Below, piece after piece: positions 12,387 to 27,101 of a stretch of DNA of 64,000 nucleotides; position 1 is the first letter of the stretch, and every line of letters starts with the position of its first letter. A model generated the notes under the pieces. The model worked only from the letters and a program-made list of their open reading frames with translations. It did not search any database and was not told where the DNA came from. Source of the DNA: Basidiobolus meristosporus CBS 931.73. Taxonomy: Eukaryota > Fungi > Basidiobolomycota. The stretch lies in contig MCFE01000135.1 of NCBI GenBank assembly GCA_002104905.1, positions 93,865-157,864 of the forward strand, in the 5' to 3' direction. The translations under genes were made by a program, and so were the position numbers.

Positions 12387-14429
12387 CTACAGAGGAACAG
12401 CAGTTTTTGATACTTCAACAATATGTGACAAGGGTGTAAACAGGGATAGGGAGTCACGTGCGGCGGGCACAAGAATGGCGTCCCGGGAAAGGAAGCATTC
12501 AGCGTCTTGCCATTTTTTCGTTACTGACTGGAAGTCGTCAGTGAACTTATGGACGGTGTTCAAGTAATTCCCACTGATCTTCAAATTTTGTGACTTCATC
12601 TCGGCAGTTTTTGCCTTGATCAAGTGGCTTTGTAGATTTAATGCTCGGAAAGTGAGAATAGATTCAACCTTCATACTGCAAAATATGGACTCGGTTACTC
12701 AAAATACCCCTCTCCATGAATGTAGGTAGACAGCACTTACAGTAAGCCGGCGATTCCCAAGTTGCCGAACGACACGTGCTTCTCAATTACATCCTCAATA
12801 AACACCCTGATCTTGCTGGCGAAGTCACAAACTACTTCCAGTTCTTCCTTATTGCGCTGATAAAAGATGCAATATCTTAGTAACATGACATGGCTCTCAT
12901 CGACTGCTCGAAAGAGTATCGTACCTCAAGGTCGCAAAAGTGTAATATTTGGTGGAAGAGACTATGAGTAAGCATCGCAATTGCTCGCCCTTGATGATCG
13001 TCTCCTCTGGCAAATAGTTTCTCTGCTTCAAGCTTCATTTGCGCGGCTTGTTGATGATGAGAAAGTGATTTGTTGCTTTGCTGAACCTCAGAAGACGCAG
13101 AAAGTTCATGCTTCATCGCAGTGGCCTCGGGTAGGCACATTTTTCTATGGGACTTGGATGCAGGTTGTCGATCTTCAAAAGGCATAGGGCGTTTCTTCAT
13201 ATTGGTGCCAGTAGGAAGTTGGAGTTTCACAATGAGACTCCTGTGTGGTTTGAGCTGCCTCAACTTTGGGAGTTTCAGCTTTACAACCAAGCTCTTTTTC
13301 AAAGGAGCTGGTGAAGATAGAGCTGATTTACTGACCGAGTTTATCACTCGTTTATCACCCGGATTCTTGTGTTTGACATTTCCCTTCTGGTACATGGGAA
13401 CTGGTATCACGGCGTTATCTGCTATGGGGATATTCGAGGTGAACCCTCCAAAGTGTTGGGATATTCTAGAGGGTACGTTGCCTGCTTTGAATGTTAGCAT
13501 GATGAGCCAGCAAAGGAGATGCCCTATCGCAATACCTTCGGTTTCGATATCCAAGTCGTCTACAACGATAGTATCCTCATCCTCCTCTTGCACCATAGGC
13601 TGCTCAACTGCGCACTTAACACTTTCACTCCTTTGCAATGGGATAGTGCCGATAGATATCTCTTCATCTGAAGAGTCAGTTGATTCTCCACTATCGCTAC
13701 ATGAGCTAACGTCGCTTTCGTCCTCCGAAGATAGACTCATCTTACGGCCATGATAAGGAATTTGTTTCCAGAGGTGACAGGCCTCTGGGTCCCTTTGCCA
13801 CCGTACGTAGGGCGCGACTTGGCAACAGGGACCCCCTTTCCACCCTTCATGGCACGGGGTATAACATCACCCATGGGTGGTCTGACTGTTTTCCCACCAA
13901 CACGTCCAGTCAGAGGACTCTCCAGACCCACGATATCTTTAAAAGCAGTGTTGATGCCCGTCTGGTTGAGCTTGAAGCCATCAACGGGAGGAAGCCTATC
14001 GTCGATAGGAGACGGGATTCGAGAGAGTGCCTTTTGTCGGCGGAGATCTTACATTAATTCGCATTCCTTGTGGGAGATATATCAACTGATCAAGTACCTC
14101 AAGTTGCATCTTTACGACATCCAAATTAGGAGATAATGGAAGCGAATCAGTATCTCGAGGAGTTGGATTGGGGTTTGAATCAGGACTACTGATCGACTCG
14201 GATGTGCTCCGTGGAGAGTCGTTCACATCCTCTGGAGTTGATTCACCACTTGAGTTGAAACAAGTGGAAGGCTTTGGCTTCTACGATATCATTGAGAACA
14301 AGGTTATGACAACGACCCAGGGAGTCATATACCAAATAACCATTTAGATACCTTGTCTCTAGTCGGTTGATACCGACGGTCATAGCCTTTTTCATAAGGC
14401 CTGTATCCAGAGTTTCGAGAAGAATTCAT
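12387..14429 (-). CDS. Multi-exon protein with an AF4/FMR2 (AFF)/Ebp1-like C-terminal helical domain
   Basis: Introns 14351-14281, 12924-12857 and 12740-12676 join in frame. Acidic/Ser-rich middle. C-terminus HHQQAAQMKLEAEKL...GLLMKVESILTFRALNL resembles the AFF C-terminal homology domain as I recall it. Junctions near 14050-13970 and 13740 are unresolved. Confidence 0.55.
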
Positions 14430-16360
14430 GTACTTGCTTTCTTCGAAATAGTTGCGGAAGGGTTGCTTCTTATGGATAAAAGACCCATACTCCACAATAT
14501 TTCCGGGAGCGAAGTAGCTAATGAAATCTCTGAGCTCGGAGATTCGAGAGTCTATTCCTTGTGAAGCCATTCTGTCGGGGCAAGAGAGTTTAGTTGACCA
14601 GGTTTGGAAGGAGCTGGCAGGCAAGTAAGCATACAAACCTAATTGGGGATTAAATGAGGTGAAATGTAAAAGTAATGCTTTTTGTTCAACAAAAAATGAT
14701 ATGGGCAATGAGTAGTGAATGACCTATGGCAACGGTAACGAGCAAATAAGTAAAGGGTGGCCAGGTTGAAACAAAAATGCTATTGGACGAACCGGCTGTC
14801 TTGGATATGTGTAGGTTTTGGCGAAGAGGGACGTTTATTCGATATTGTGTATAGAGAATGGTATGGTAATTTCTTCCAGCACTTCTATTTCGCCAACGTC
14901 GGCAAGCAACAACCGTAAGTGCAGTCCTTGGTTTCTTATTCTTTTTTTTCTGGTATTTTTTTTTATGCCTAGTATTACACTACATTCAATATAATTATAT
15001 CGCCACATAGTCTAGATATGTGGTAATACATCACTGAAAAAAAAAACACCCCCAGCCAATCCAGAGACGCCCTTCTGATCAGAGTATTCCATTATCAAGT
15101 GCTCGCAGAGCGCATTGGACAGTAATATTGAGGAGGATTGGGAAAATGCCGGAACATGGTCACGTTTCTTTTTTTCTCTGCTACACCCTGGAAATTCACC
15201 CATTTGTTCACCGATTCGTGACGGTTTCTGCAGAAAATTTCCTTGTCTCGAAGTAGAAATCTATTGATTTATCCACTCGAAATATGTTCATGCATTGTGC
15301 ACCCCTAGTACTAGACGGCAATCCTTCCTTCCAGAGATCAAATCTGGTACATGATTGTCCTCCAAAAGATCGCTTGGATCACTGATTGATCGCTACCATT
15401 GATTCTTACCATATCTCGGTAAACTGGTCACAGCGTCTCCTTTTATTGAGGGTAATTGAAAGCACCTACGTGGCTACCGCATGATCGGAGTATCGTTCTT
15501 GAGAGCTGTAGGGTTTGGGAGGCCTCAGGTTGTACTAATGGCATCGAGTAATGTAAGAATCCCTGATAAACACTGGTCGAGTCAATCTCATGACCATGCC
15601 CATGCGCTCCTTCAACACCGCCTTACAATACACATCATATATACACCTACACATGGATTATCATATGGTGTTAGAGCTTGTATATATGTTGCATATAATG
15701 GAAAACAATATAAATATAGGACCTGAAGCCAGAGGTGGACCAAAAAGGAAAATCCCATTTCATGGGGGAAAGTCAGATACGGGACTGAGTAGGCCTATAT
15801 ATGTAAATTGGGACGTTTTCTTGGTACTCTATTGATTCAAGCCAATTATAGCATCTCCACTGGACAACAACAAATTGGTATAGCTGAAGTTTAAGGTGAG
15901 CCGTTGAGTAGATCATTCTTAGGTACGATTCGCGATTCCCGATTTCAATGTCCGGGTTTCCGGTGTTTAAAATAGCAAGGAATCATCGACGAGGGGCACG
16001 TAAATGATGCTCTTCTCATCGTTTCTTCCGATTGTAGCGATGATACTAGTTTTATGTAAGTCAGCTGCCCTCGTTTTGATTTACTGCTGCATTAGGCTAT
16101 TGCAGCAAGAGGACAGCAACAGGTGAGAAGGATAAGGATACGTGAGCTTATTAGGGAAAGTGATATCTTGCATCGGTGTTGTTTGTGCATCTGCTGAGAA
16201 GATGGCCGATTTTGTGTCACTTGTGTGGATCCAGTTGACATTGCAAATGTCGACAGGGATTTTGGAAGCAAAGGAGGCAATCGTAAACGCATATGGAGGT
16301 GAGTGAATCTGACGGGGATAACTCAGATATCCTCAGCCAGCCATCTAGTGCGGCTACTCG

Positions 16361-16420
16361 CACCCACACCCACCCCACACCCACACTCGCGCTCGAACTC
16401 ACACTCACACTCACTCACAC
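16361..16420. repeat. CA/CACT low-complexity microsatellite-like tract upstream of CYC8
   Basis: cacccacacccaccccacacccacac...actcacactcacactcactcacac. Confidence 0.6.
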
Positions 16421-16925
16421 TGGCACCCATGTTCTAGTAGATGACTTCATATATTTCAATGAGATCTGATGACAAAATATTTCGAGCCGAAACAATCGTA
16501 TTTGTTCGCTAAAGTGAATCAGTCGGAATGGGGAAATTCATTTTATTTTATGAGATTCATTCGACAGCCACGTAATGATGCCTCAATCTCTAGCTTTTGT
16601 CAAATTTAGCGTTCCCGTGTTCTTGTTTGAAGATTGTATCGTGTTACTTACCTTACCCTCCTTTTTTCTGGTCCAAAATTATATCAACCTGCTTGTTCCT
16701 TTTTTTCTTGGATACTCCGTTTATCTTCGGGTAATGTTAACACCTTGTTTCTTTGAAGACCCATCCCAACCACAGCAATATACGATCCTCCCCCTGCTGG
16801 CATCTTACTAAATCTATATTCTGAAGCTCTAGACCCGATTGACGAAGACGATATTTTCCTGACCCGTATATTTTACCTCCTCCCCTTCTACCAAACTGTC
16901 AACTTCAGGTGCAACTTCAGCCGTC

Positions 16926-19900
16926 ATGGCTACCACCTCAGCTCCCCAGCAAATGACACCTTCCCAAAAGTTGGTGTCTATGAACGAACAGACATGGCTT
17001 CAACTAGGTAAGCATTTTCGCGGTTCGGTGTGGATTCTCCTCATCTCGCTTGAGCTGACTGTAACTGCAATAGGCGCGTTGGCGGAGCTAATGCAGGAAT
17101 TTGATCGCGCCATGAATGCTTATGAGGCTACCCTGAGGCATAATCCTTATTCCATACCTGCCCTCACACAAATCGCTTCCTTATGCAGAGGACGCGAGCA
17201 GTTCCCAAAAGTCAGTGTTCAGTTGAAAAGTTTTCCCCATCTATTTGTTCTAATGTCCAGAGGAAGGCTGTCGAATATTTTCAAAGAATTCTCAATATCG
17301 AGCAAAATAATGGTGAAATCTGGGGTGCTTTGGGTCACTGCTATCTTATGATGGATGACCTGCAAAAAGCCTACACTGCTTATCAGCAAGCACTTTATCA
17401 TCTTCCCAATCCCAAGGTTGTACATCCCACAGTACGGCACATCCTGCTAATCCCCACCAGCTAAATGTCAGTAAACTTCCAGGAACCCAAGCTTTGGTAT
17501 GGCATCGGGATTCTGTATGACCGTTATCAATCACTAGAACACGCGGAAGAGGCGTTTACTGCTGTGCTACGAATGGATCCCAAATTTGAAAAGGCCAATG
17601 AAATCTACTTTAGACTGGGCATTATCTACAAACAACAACAGAAATATGATCTCAGTCTGCAGGTGAATCCTTTGTAAATTGCACTGACCAGCGCTCGGAC
17701 CCTCTAACAGCGTTCCCTAGTGTTTCCAATATATTCTCAGCTCACCTCCCCGCCCTCTTACCGAAGTAGACATCTGGTTCCAAATAGGCCATGTTTATGA
17801 GCAGCAAAAAGAAGTAACTTCCCTGCAAGCCTGACATTCTTTAGCGTCACAATACTGACCATTGGTTCGTAGTACCAACTCGCTAAAGAAGCCTATGAAA
17901 GGGTTCTGACCGAGAATCCCAACCATGCCAAGGTGCTACAGCAACTGGGTTGGCTTTGTCACCAGCCGAATGCACCATTTGCTAATCAAGACACTGCCAT
18001 TGGTTATTTGACAAAGTCATTGGAGGCTGGTATGTTCGACTTGATAATTGGGCTGGCATGCGTGAGGCCAAAACAAGCTAACATTCGAAATCACCCACAG
18101 ACAGTGCTGATGCCCAATCGTGGTACTTGCTGGGTCGATGCTATATGGCTCAGCAGAAATACAGTAAAGCGTACGAGGCTTACCAACAGGCTGTGTAAGT
18201 GGTGTATCTCGACGATGGCACACATATCATAGACTTGACAATTTCAAAATAGGTATCGTGATGGTAAGAATCCCACCTTCTGGTGCTCCATTGGTGTGCT
18301 CTACTATCAGATACAACAGGTTAGTCGGTCATGATTTTGCACGATGCTTGGAATGCGGTCATAACAATCTCATCGCCATAGTACCGGGATGCTTTGGATG
18401 CCTACAGCAGAGCCATTAGGTTGAACCCATATATTAGTGAAGTATGGTACGACTTGGGAACATTATACGAATCTTGCAACAATCAAATCAACGATGCTAT
18501 TGACGCCTATCAACGTGCTGCCGAGCTCGATCCCAACAATCCCCATATCAAGCAAAGACTGGTTCTGTTAAGAAACGCGCAAGCTGGAGGGTAAGCGTCT
18601 TGCTTTAAGGCAAGAGAGGTCCTTTGGAGCCAGACTGATTGACCTCACATGTTTATAGTCCCCCAAGCAGCTCAGCCCCTGTACCGCAAGACGTCAACCT
18701 TACGATGTACCAAAATAGCAACGCTTCAGCTATGGCTGGCATTCCACCTCAGTTTGGCCAGGTACAGATGAATCGAGTGTGTGATTACAAGAGGTCGCTT
18801 ACTGAATATATAATCGCATTGAATACAGAGTTTAGGCCCTACATCCCAAGGACCACCCCAAAGTATGCCAGGCTTCCCTCTGAGACCCCCTGAAAGTAGA
18901 CCCGGTGGCCCAGTTCCACCTCCACTGGTACTTGTGTGTAGCATTGCGCTTGATTTTAGGTGATATTAATTGGTTTTTGTCTAGTCCGGTCCGCCAAACG
19001 AGCCCGCTATGGGTGGTAGAGATATGCCGTCAGGCCCTCCACCAGGACCCCCCGGTTTCATGAGACGCACGCCTCCACCTTTCAGTCACCAGCCTCGTGA
19101 AGAATCTCAAAGAATGCCCGAGATAGGAGGCGGGATGAGAGGACCGTATGGTGCAGACGGAAGAACGCAGCCCTACATGAGTCCACAGCAACCATTGAAA
19201 CCCCCCAATAGCGACGGCTACTCTTCTGGTCCTCCACAAGATTATCGGATGCCGTTGAGACCACCTAGTGCGCCATCTCCAGTAATGCGTCCTCCGGAGA
19301 TGCATCCCCCTCATCCCATGCAAGCCTCCCACCGAGGATCTCCGTTTGGTGAGCGCAGAAACGAAATGGAAATGGACCCGAGCAAAGTTAAACAGGAGCC
19401 TTCCAATAGACCAGGTAATGGAATGAATCCTTATCATAGAAACGAAGCACACTCGCTTCCGGGATCAGTCGAGAGATCGCCCAGAATGCATCAAAACGAG
19501 TCCCCCTACAATGTCGACTTGGCTAGAAGATCCCTCGGGCCCGGCATTCCTACACCTTCGTCAATGTCCATGATGATGGACCACAAAACACACATGATGT
19601 CACCATCGGATGAAAGAAAGTAAGTGACATATGCCTAGCGCAGGTGATTGGTTTAGGCACTTATATCCACATGTGAATTAGAAACAGCCCAGTGGCCGGC
19701 ATAAAAGATTTAAGAACACTTACACCTTCGCCTGCACCCACGCACAACGATGGAAGACACGCTGATGTCAAAAGAGCAAGCATGCCTCCTGAGATCCGAA
19801 ACATGAAGGAAAGCCCCAGCCCACATCCTCAACATGCTCGCCCTGATGGGATGAATACTCTCAACAAGCCCAGCAACTACTCACCCATATCCTCTCGACC

Positions 19901-20199
19901 CGATAAGCCAGGTATGGGCGCACCACCTCGCCAAGTTGACGAGGACTACGACGGGGCGGAAGCGTTGGTCGGCATCAGCGAAAAAGCAGCAAGCATGGGC
20001 CGACATGCTGATCCCAAAGATGTAAGTGATGATATGCATCTGGTTTATCCGAACAAAAGCTGAATTGGCTCCCCCTCATCCCCATCAGAACTACAGCCAG
20101 GAACATCGACCGGGCTCAGCACCACTCACCGGTCCACAGAACTCGAACGGACACCACCAATCACCGCGGCTACCAGGCCCCCAACCCAGTTCTAATTAA
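16926..20199 (+). CDS. CYC8: General transcriptional corepressor Ssn6/Cyc8 (TPR repeats, Pro-rich tail), many short introns
   Basis: Exons translate to NEQTWLQLG, YEATLRHNPYS, WGALGHCYLMMDDLQKAYTAYQQALYHL, EPKLWYGIGILYDRY, PTFWCSIGVLYY, DAYSRAIRLNPYISEVWYDLGTLYESCNNQ. Last exon 20089-20199 ends in TAA. Confidence 0.93.
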
Positions 20200-20792
20200 T
20201 TTGCAAGATCGCTCGGATTCATTAGAAGCCTAACTTTAGATTCTTTGTCATGATCCTTCAAGAAAACGCTCATACAGCTCGGGATATCATTTTTTGGATT
20301 GACCCATCATCAGGGATCCGTTTCATACCGATTCCACTTCCGGATAAACTCCACCACCGCTCTATTCAAACTTGCTTCCTTTGAAATCTTTGTCTGTTAT
20401 ATAAATAATTTTCTTCTCTTAAACCAAGCATCGATCCTGGGGGTTAATGGATTTTTATTACGACGGAATAAAGCTCACATATCAATTTCCACCCCACACT
20501 GGCATAAGAATGCCGCAGTCAGCCGCAAGCCCTCCAGCATAGTCCCCCCCCCCCAGGCCTAAGCTAATGCAGCATGGCTTAGTAAAAAAAAGGAAGGGTG
20601 ACTGCCGAATCCATCGGTGATCCACACACGACTCGAAAAAAAAAAGAAAATCGAGGATTGAAAAAAAAAGGTTGGCCAAGTGGTAGGGCCGGAATTTCCC
20701 ATGTAAATCATACTCCACTTCGTATGGAATAGAATTTTGTTTTCGAAGAGGACCTTGCATATATACATAGATAGTCGAGAACATACACACAC

Positions 20793-22886
20793 ATGTCGAT
20801 TCAGGTCTCCAACCCAAACAATGTCAAGATCTATCAGGTATCTGGCACCAACACCTCGAGGGCGATCCCGGACTGGTTGGCCAGAAGAAAGCGGAGGGCC
20901 CTGAAAAACGATCTTGGTAGGTGCCGTTTTGTTGTAGGTTGTGTCGTTCCCCGTTTGGCTAACCCTGGTTTCCACAGAATGGAGACATCGCATCGAGCTC
21001 ATCCAAGATTTCGAGTTCCCAGAGGCCTCCATTAAAGTGAAGCCCACCAGAGATGGCAAATACGTGGTCGCCACCGGCGTTTACAAGCCCCAGATGCGCG
21101 TCTTTGAGTACGCCGAGATGTCCATGAAGTTCGAGCGTCACACCGACGCCGAGAATGTAAATTTCGTCCTCTTATCCGACGATTGGACCAAGTCCGCTTT
21201 GCTTCAAAACGACAGATCGGTGGAGTTGCACGCACAGGGCGGTATTCATTACAGAACCAGAATCCCCAAGTTTGGTAGAGATTTGGACTATCATTTCCCC
21301 TCCTGCGATCTGCTCGTTGGTGGAGCCTCAAACGAAGTCTACCGGTTGAATCTCGACCAAGGCAGGTTCCTGAACCCCCTGGTGACCGACGCCACCGGTG
21401 TGAACGTCGTGGAAATCAACCCTGCCCATCAATTGTTCGGGTTTGGTACCGAGGATGGTACAGTCGAGTTCTGGGACCCTAGATCCAGGTCGAAAATCGG
21501 CAGCTTAGCCCCCACATTGCCAGCCGATATGTTTGTCGATGACCTCTCGAAGCTGGAAATCACCAGCTTGAAGTACCGCAACGATGGTTTGTCCTTGGCT
21601 GTGGGCACCTCTACCGGACACGTCCTCCTCTATGATCTTAGAAACGCACGCCCTTGGATGGTCAAGGATCATCAGTATGGCTTCCCAATTAAATCCCTTC
21701 ACTGGCTAGAGGGCGGAAACAGCGAGAGTGAAGAAGGAAAGGTGCTCAGTGCTGATAGCAAAATCATCAAGATTTGGAACCGCGACTCTGGCAAGCACTT
21801 CACGTCCATCGAGCCCACCCAAGATATCAATGATGTCTGTGTGGTGCCAGATTCAGGCCTCCTCTTTGTGGCCAATGAAGGCATTCAAATTCACAGTTAC
21901 TACATCCCAAGCTTGGGTCCCGCCCCCAGGTGGTCATCCTTCTTGGACAATCTCACCGAAGAACTCGAAGAGAATCCTCAACAGAATGTCTATGAGAATT
22001 ACAAGTTCGTCACTCGTAAGGAACTCCATAGCCTGGGACTCGACCATTTGGTCGGAACCAGTGTGCTCAGAGCATACATGCACGGATTCTTCATGGACCT
22101 TCGCCTGTACGAGAAGGCCAAGCTTATTGCCAATCCATTTGCTTACGAAGAGTACCGCGCTCGCGCCGTCCAAGATAAGATGGACAAGGAACGCGAGAGT
22201 CGTATCCGCGCCAAGAAGAACCTTCCCAAGGTCAACAAAGCGTTGGCTTCACGCTTACTCAAAGAGGACGAGAAGAAGAAGAAGAAGCATGGAGAAGAGG
22301 CCGCCGAGAAACTCAATCCTCTCAAGGATTCCCGTTTCACGGACTTGTTCAGCAATCCAGAGTTCGAGGTGGATGAGGAGAGTAGTGAGTTCCAAATGCT
22401 CCGACCCGTCAAGAGTCAAGATCCTAGTAAGAACTTCGTGGAGGTCGAAGAGGACGAGGATGTTGATGAGGATGAAGAGAGTGAGCCTGAAGGCAAGGGA
22501 AGTGATGAGAGCACTTCTGAGTCTGATTCTGACTTTGATGATCTTCGTCAAATCCGCAAGAGCAACAAATCCAAGGCCAAGAAACCCGCTCAGCGTAAGG
22601 CCACTAGCTCTGGATCGATCAGAGCTGGCGTGTCCGATCGCAAGCATCCACCCAAGTTCTATGAGATGAAGGTTGGTGTCGTTTGATTAGACTAGTTCTC
22701 GACCATTTGCTTACTAATGTTTGATTTCGCTAGGCTGGAGGCCAACGCCGGGTTTCGCAAAAGTCGTTTGGAGACAGAGTTGGCAAAGAACTTTCTGGAA
22801 AGCGCTTCAATCGGGTGTCTCGCACAGCTATGGGTGGTATGGAGATGAGCTTCAAGGTGTCCACCAACAAGAAAACCAGACATTAG
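20793..22886 (+). CDS. ENP2: Nucleolar protein 10 / Enp2 (WD40 + NUC153), two introns
   Basis: RIELIQDFEFP, ATGVYKPQMRVFE, SLGPAPRWSSFLDNLTEELEE, AYMHGFFMDLRLY, NUC153-like DSRFTDLFSNPEFEVDEES. Confidence 0.92.
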
Positions 22887-23281
22887 TTTCGTTGACGGCG
22901 TCCGAAACTTGTGCATCTAACATTTTTTGTATCGAATAGTAATAAATAGTAAAATAGACCAATGCAATTAATAAAATTCACTCTGAATATCGTTGAAATC
23001 CAACCCTCTGCTCTGCTACACTATTCATGTTGCCGACCATGGCCCTAGCCTTCACCAAACCCTGCACCTAGCCAATTGTGCATTGGCAATTTCGATCACC
23101 ACTCCACTCCTCGCTTAGTAATCAGACAAGGCCGCTCAGGAGATCCGAGTTTACTAGAAAAAAACGAAAATTTCCCATTAGAAATCAACCCCGAGGTCAC
23201 ATGACGCGAAATGGATACTTCAAAAGTAACTTCGGATTCCCAGCCATCCTTCCTTCTCCCTTGTTCTCTCGTCTTTGAGGT

Positions 23282-23297
23282 GAGAAAAAAGTTCATC
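23282..23297 (+). promoter_or_regulatory. RRPE-like motif GAG(A)6GTTCATC upstream of RPL10
   Basis: Near-identical GAG(A)8GTTCATC at 26945-26962 upstream of RIO2; related GAAA(T)8CTC at 28066-28080 upstream of RPL3. Confidence 0.35.
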
Positions 23298-23378
23298 TTC
23301 TACCGAATGAAGAGTTCATCCATTTTCCCAAGATGCCCAGAAGTAACATAGGATTTTCAATTCGTAGGATTAATCAAA

Positions 23379-24026
23379 ATGGGTCGCCGTCCAGCTCGTT
23401 GTTACCGTTACTGCAAAAACAAGCCTTACCCCAAGTCTCGTTTCTGTCGTGGTGTCCCCGACCCCAAGATCAGAATCTTCGATTTGGGTCGTAAGAAGGC
23501 CAGCGTTGATGAGTTCCCTCTCTGTGTTCACTTGATCTCCAACGAATACGAACAGCTTTCCAGCGAAGCCCTTGAAGCCGCCCGTATTAGTTGCAACAAG
23601 TACATCACCAAGATGGCCGGTAAGGACTCCTTCCACTTGCGTGTTCGTGTCCACCCCTATCACGTCGTCCGTATCAACAAGATGTTGTCTTGCGCTGGTG
23701 CTGATAGACTTCAGACTGGTATGCGTGGTGCTTTCGGTAAGCCCCAAGGTACCGTTGCCCGTGTCAACATTGGTCAAATCATCTTCTCCATCCGTACCAA
23801 GGACTCCAACAAGGCTGTTGTCATTGAGGCCCTTCGTCGTGCCAAGTACAAGTTCCCCGGTCAACAAAAGATCATTCTCTCCAAGAAGTGGGGCTTCACC
23901 AAGCTCACTCGTGAGGAATACGTTGTCGAGCGTCAAGCCGGACGTCTCCAACCCGATGGTTGCTACGTCAAGTACATCACCGAGCGCGGTCCCCTCCAAA
24001 ACCACTTCAACAGAATCTCTGCCTAA
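23379..24026 (+). CDS. RPL10: 60S ribosomal protein L10 (uL16), 215 aa, intronless
   Basis: [37 protein letters not shown]...[24 protein letters not shown]. Confidence 0.99.
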   Translation: MGRRPARCYRYCKNKPYPKSRFCRGVPDPKIRIFDLGRKKASVDEFPLCVHLISNEYEQLSSEALEAARISCNKYITKMAGKDSFHLRVRVHPYHVVRINKMLSCAGADRLQTGMRGAFGKPQGTVARVNIGQIIFSIRTKDSNKAVVIEALRRAKYKFPGQQKIILSKKWGFTKLTREEYVVERQAGRLQPDGCYVKYITERGPLQNHFNRISA

Positions 24027-24145
24027 AGATCTTCACCTTATTTTTGATAAAATAAACAAAGAACAATTTAGCTGGACCGTTGACACAACTACATCCTCGA
24101 TTTTCTAAAGAGTATTTCGGCGCTACGGGCGCATCAATATTTATC

Positions 24146-24309
24146 TTCATCCACACTGGCCAACGGCTGTTGTGGCCACAGCATCTCTGGCCTTGGTTCG
24201 CGGTGCAGCGAGAATCAATTTCTCGTCGTACCTGGAGTTTAGAGGCGGCAACAAGTTCATGCGTTGGATCTCTGCGTATCCGTGGCAGGTGACTGGAAAG
24301 TTTTTTTTT
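24146..24309 (+). ncRNA. Candidate structured small RNA between RPL10 and RPS10, family unassigned
   Basis: 24150-24166 pairs with 24280-24297 (bulged helix), enclosing three internal hairpins, followed by T9 at 24301-24309. No recognised family motif. Confidence 0.3.
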
Positions 24310-24650
24310 CCACCTCCCAGATCATAATAATATTTAATCCAATAAACGGGGCGTATTTCGGGACAAATATGCCAAAAAAAGGGAGATATTATCGAAGTCT
24401 GAGAGTTGAGGAATACGGGGATCAAACAATAAAAAATTGAGGCCATCGTACGAACCATCTTTCTCTTCCCGTTGTAACTTGGAATTCGCCTCCTTAGTAA
24501 AGGTCAGTTCCCATATCTAGGCATATCCAATGGAATGTTTTCAGCAATCCATCAACCACCAGTTCATTGTGCTCGCCTCTTCCTCAATACTGTTAGCACC
24601 AGCAATGGCTAATTCTTGCGCTGATTGATATTTCTAGTTACCTAGTCAAG

Positions 24651-25094
24651 ATGCTTATTCCCAAGCAAAACAGAAAACTCATCTACGAGAGCCTTTTCAA
24701 GGAAGGCGTTATGGTCGCCAAGAAGGACTTCAATGCTGCCAAGCATGATGAACTCGATGTTCCTAACCTCCAAGTTATTAAGGCTTTGCAATCCCTTAAC
24801 TCCCGCGGTTACGTCAAGACCCAGTTCTCGTGGCAACACTACTACTACTTCTTGACTAACGAGGGTATCGAATACCTCCGTGAGTTCTTGCACTTGCCTG
24901 CCGAGATTGTCCCCGCTACCATGAAGAAGACCGCCAGACCTGTTGGTATCCGCCCTCGTCAAGAAGGTGACCGTCCCTTCAGAGGTCCTCGTGGCGATCG
25001 TGAAGGTTACAGACGTCGTGACGACGGTGCTAAGAAGGAAGGTGCTTCTGGCGACTTCAAGCCCGAATTCCGCGGTCGTCGTGAACAACAATAA
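24651..25094 (+). CDS. RPS10: 40S ribosomal protein S10 (eS10), 147 aa; probable 5'-UTR intron 24503-24637
   Basis: [26 protein letters not shown]...[36 protein letters not shown]. Upstream AG/GTCAGT..GCTAAT..TTCTAG. Confidence 0.97.
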   Translation: MLIPKQNRKLIYESLFKEGVMVAKKDFNAAKHDELDVPNLQVIKALQSLNSRGYVKTQFSWQHYYYFLTNEGIEYLREFLHLPAEIVPATMKKTARPVGIRPRQEGDRPFRGPRGDREGYRRRDDGAKKEGASGDFKPEFRGRREQQ

Positions 25095-25283
25095 ACGTCC
25101 AAGTGGATTCACCTGGTTCCTCTCTCTGCTAATAAAAACCTTCGGAGCAAGTAGGAATTTCCGGCACATATGCTTAAGACAACCAATTCTGAACATACAA
25201 TAAAACTTTTGTCTGGTTTTTAACTGAACTGCATTTATTCACTGAATTAATGTTCTAAATCGAGGGTGAATGATGGCTGCTCT

Positions 25284-26857
<1,574 letters not shown>

Positions 26858-27101
26858 ATTTCCAGAAACGTTGGGTCGCAAGGGAAAGTGGATATCGGGC
26901 CACACTATGTCCCGCACTTACATACACAAAAAAATCCACTACAAGAGAAAAAAAAGTTCATCCGTTTTTGACCATCTGATAAGTTAACCATTTTGAGATT
27001 AATTTGGTTGTTTATTTGCAAGTCACATCGACTAAATGTGCCGCTGGGTAGCTGTCACTCGGCCGACTAAATATGCTGTCGAGTGACTGTAACTACGTCG
27101 A

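Noticed and set aside
13724-13746. 23-nt GT-AG mini-intron that would join two frames of the AFF-like gene
   Set aside because: Far shorter than the 50-70-nt introns nearby and lacks a branch point; an indel error is at least as likely.
20543-20670. C10 and A-rich homopolymer runs between CYC8 and ENP2
   Set aside because: Ordinary promoter-type homopolymer tracts; lengths are unreliable given the indel errors.
23370-24005. Long antisense ORFs over RPL10 (also 24642-25196 over RPS10 and 28190-29374 over RPL3)
   Set aside because: Shadow frames produced by strong codon bias in highly expressed genes; no independent motifs.
24146-24309. Identification as SRP RNA, tRNA or telomerase RNA
   Set aside because: GCTGTTGTGGC resembles the fungal SRP 5' motif, but there is no helix-8 GNRA/SRP54 motif and it is too short. 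No cloverleaf, no full B box, no CCCTAA template.
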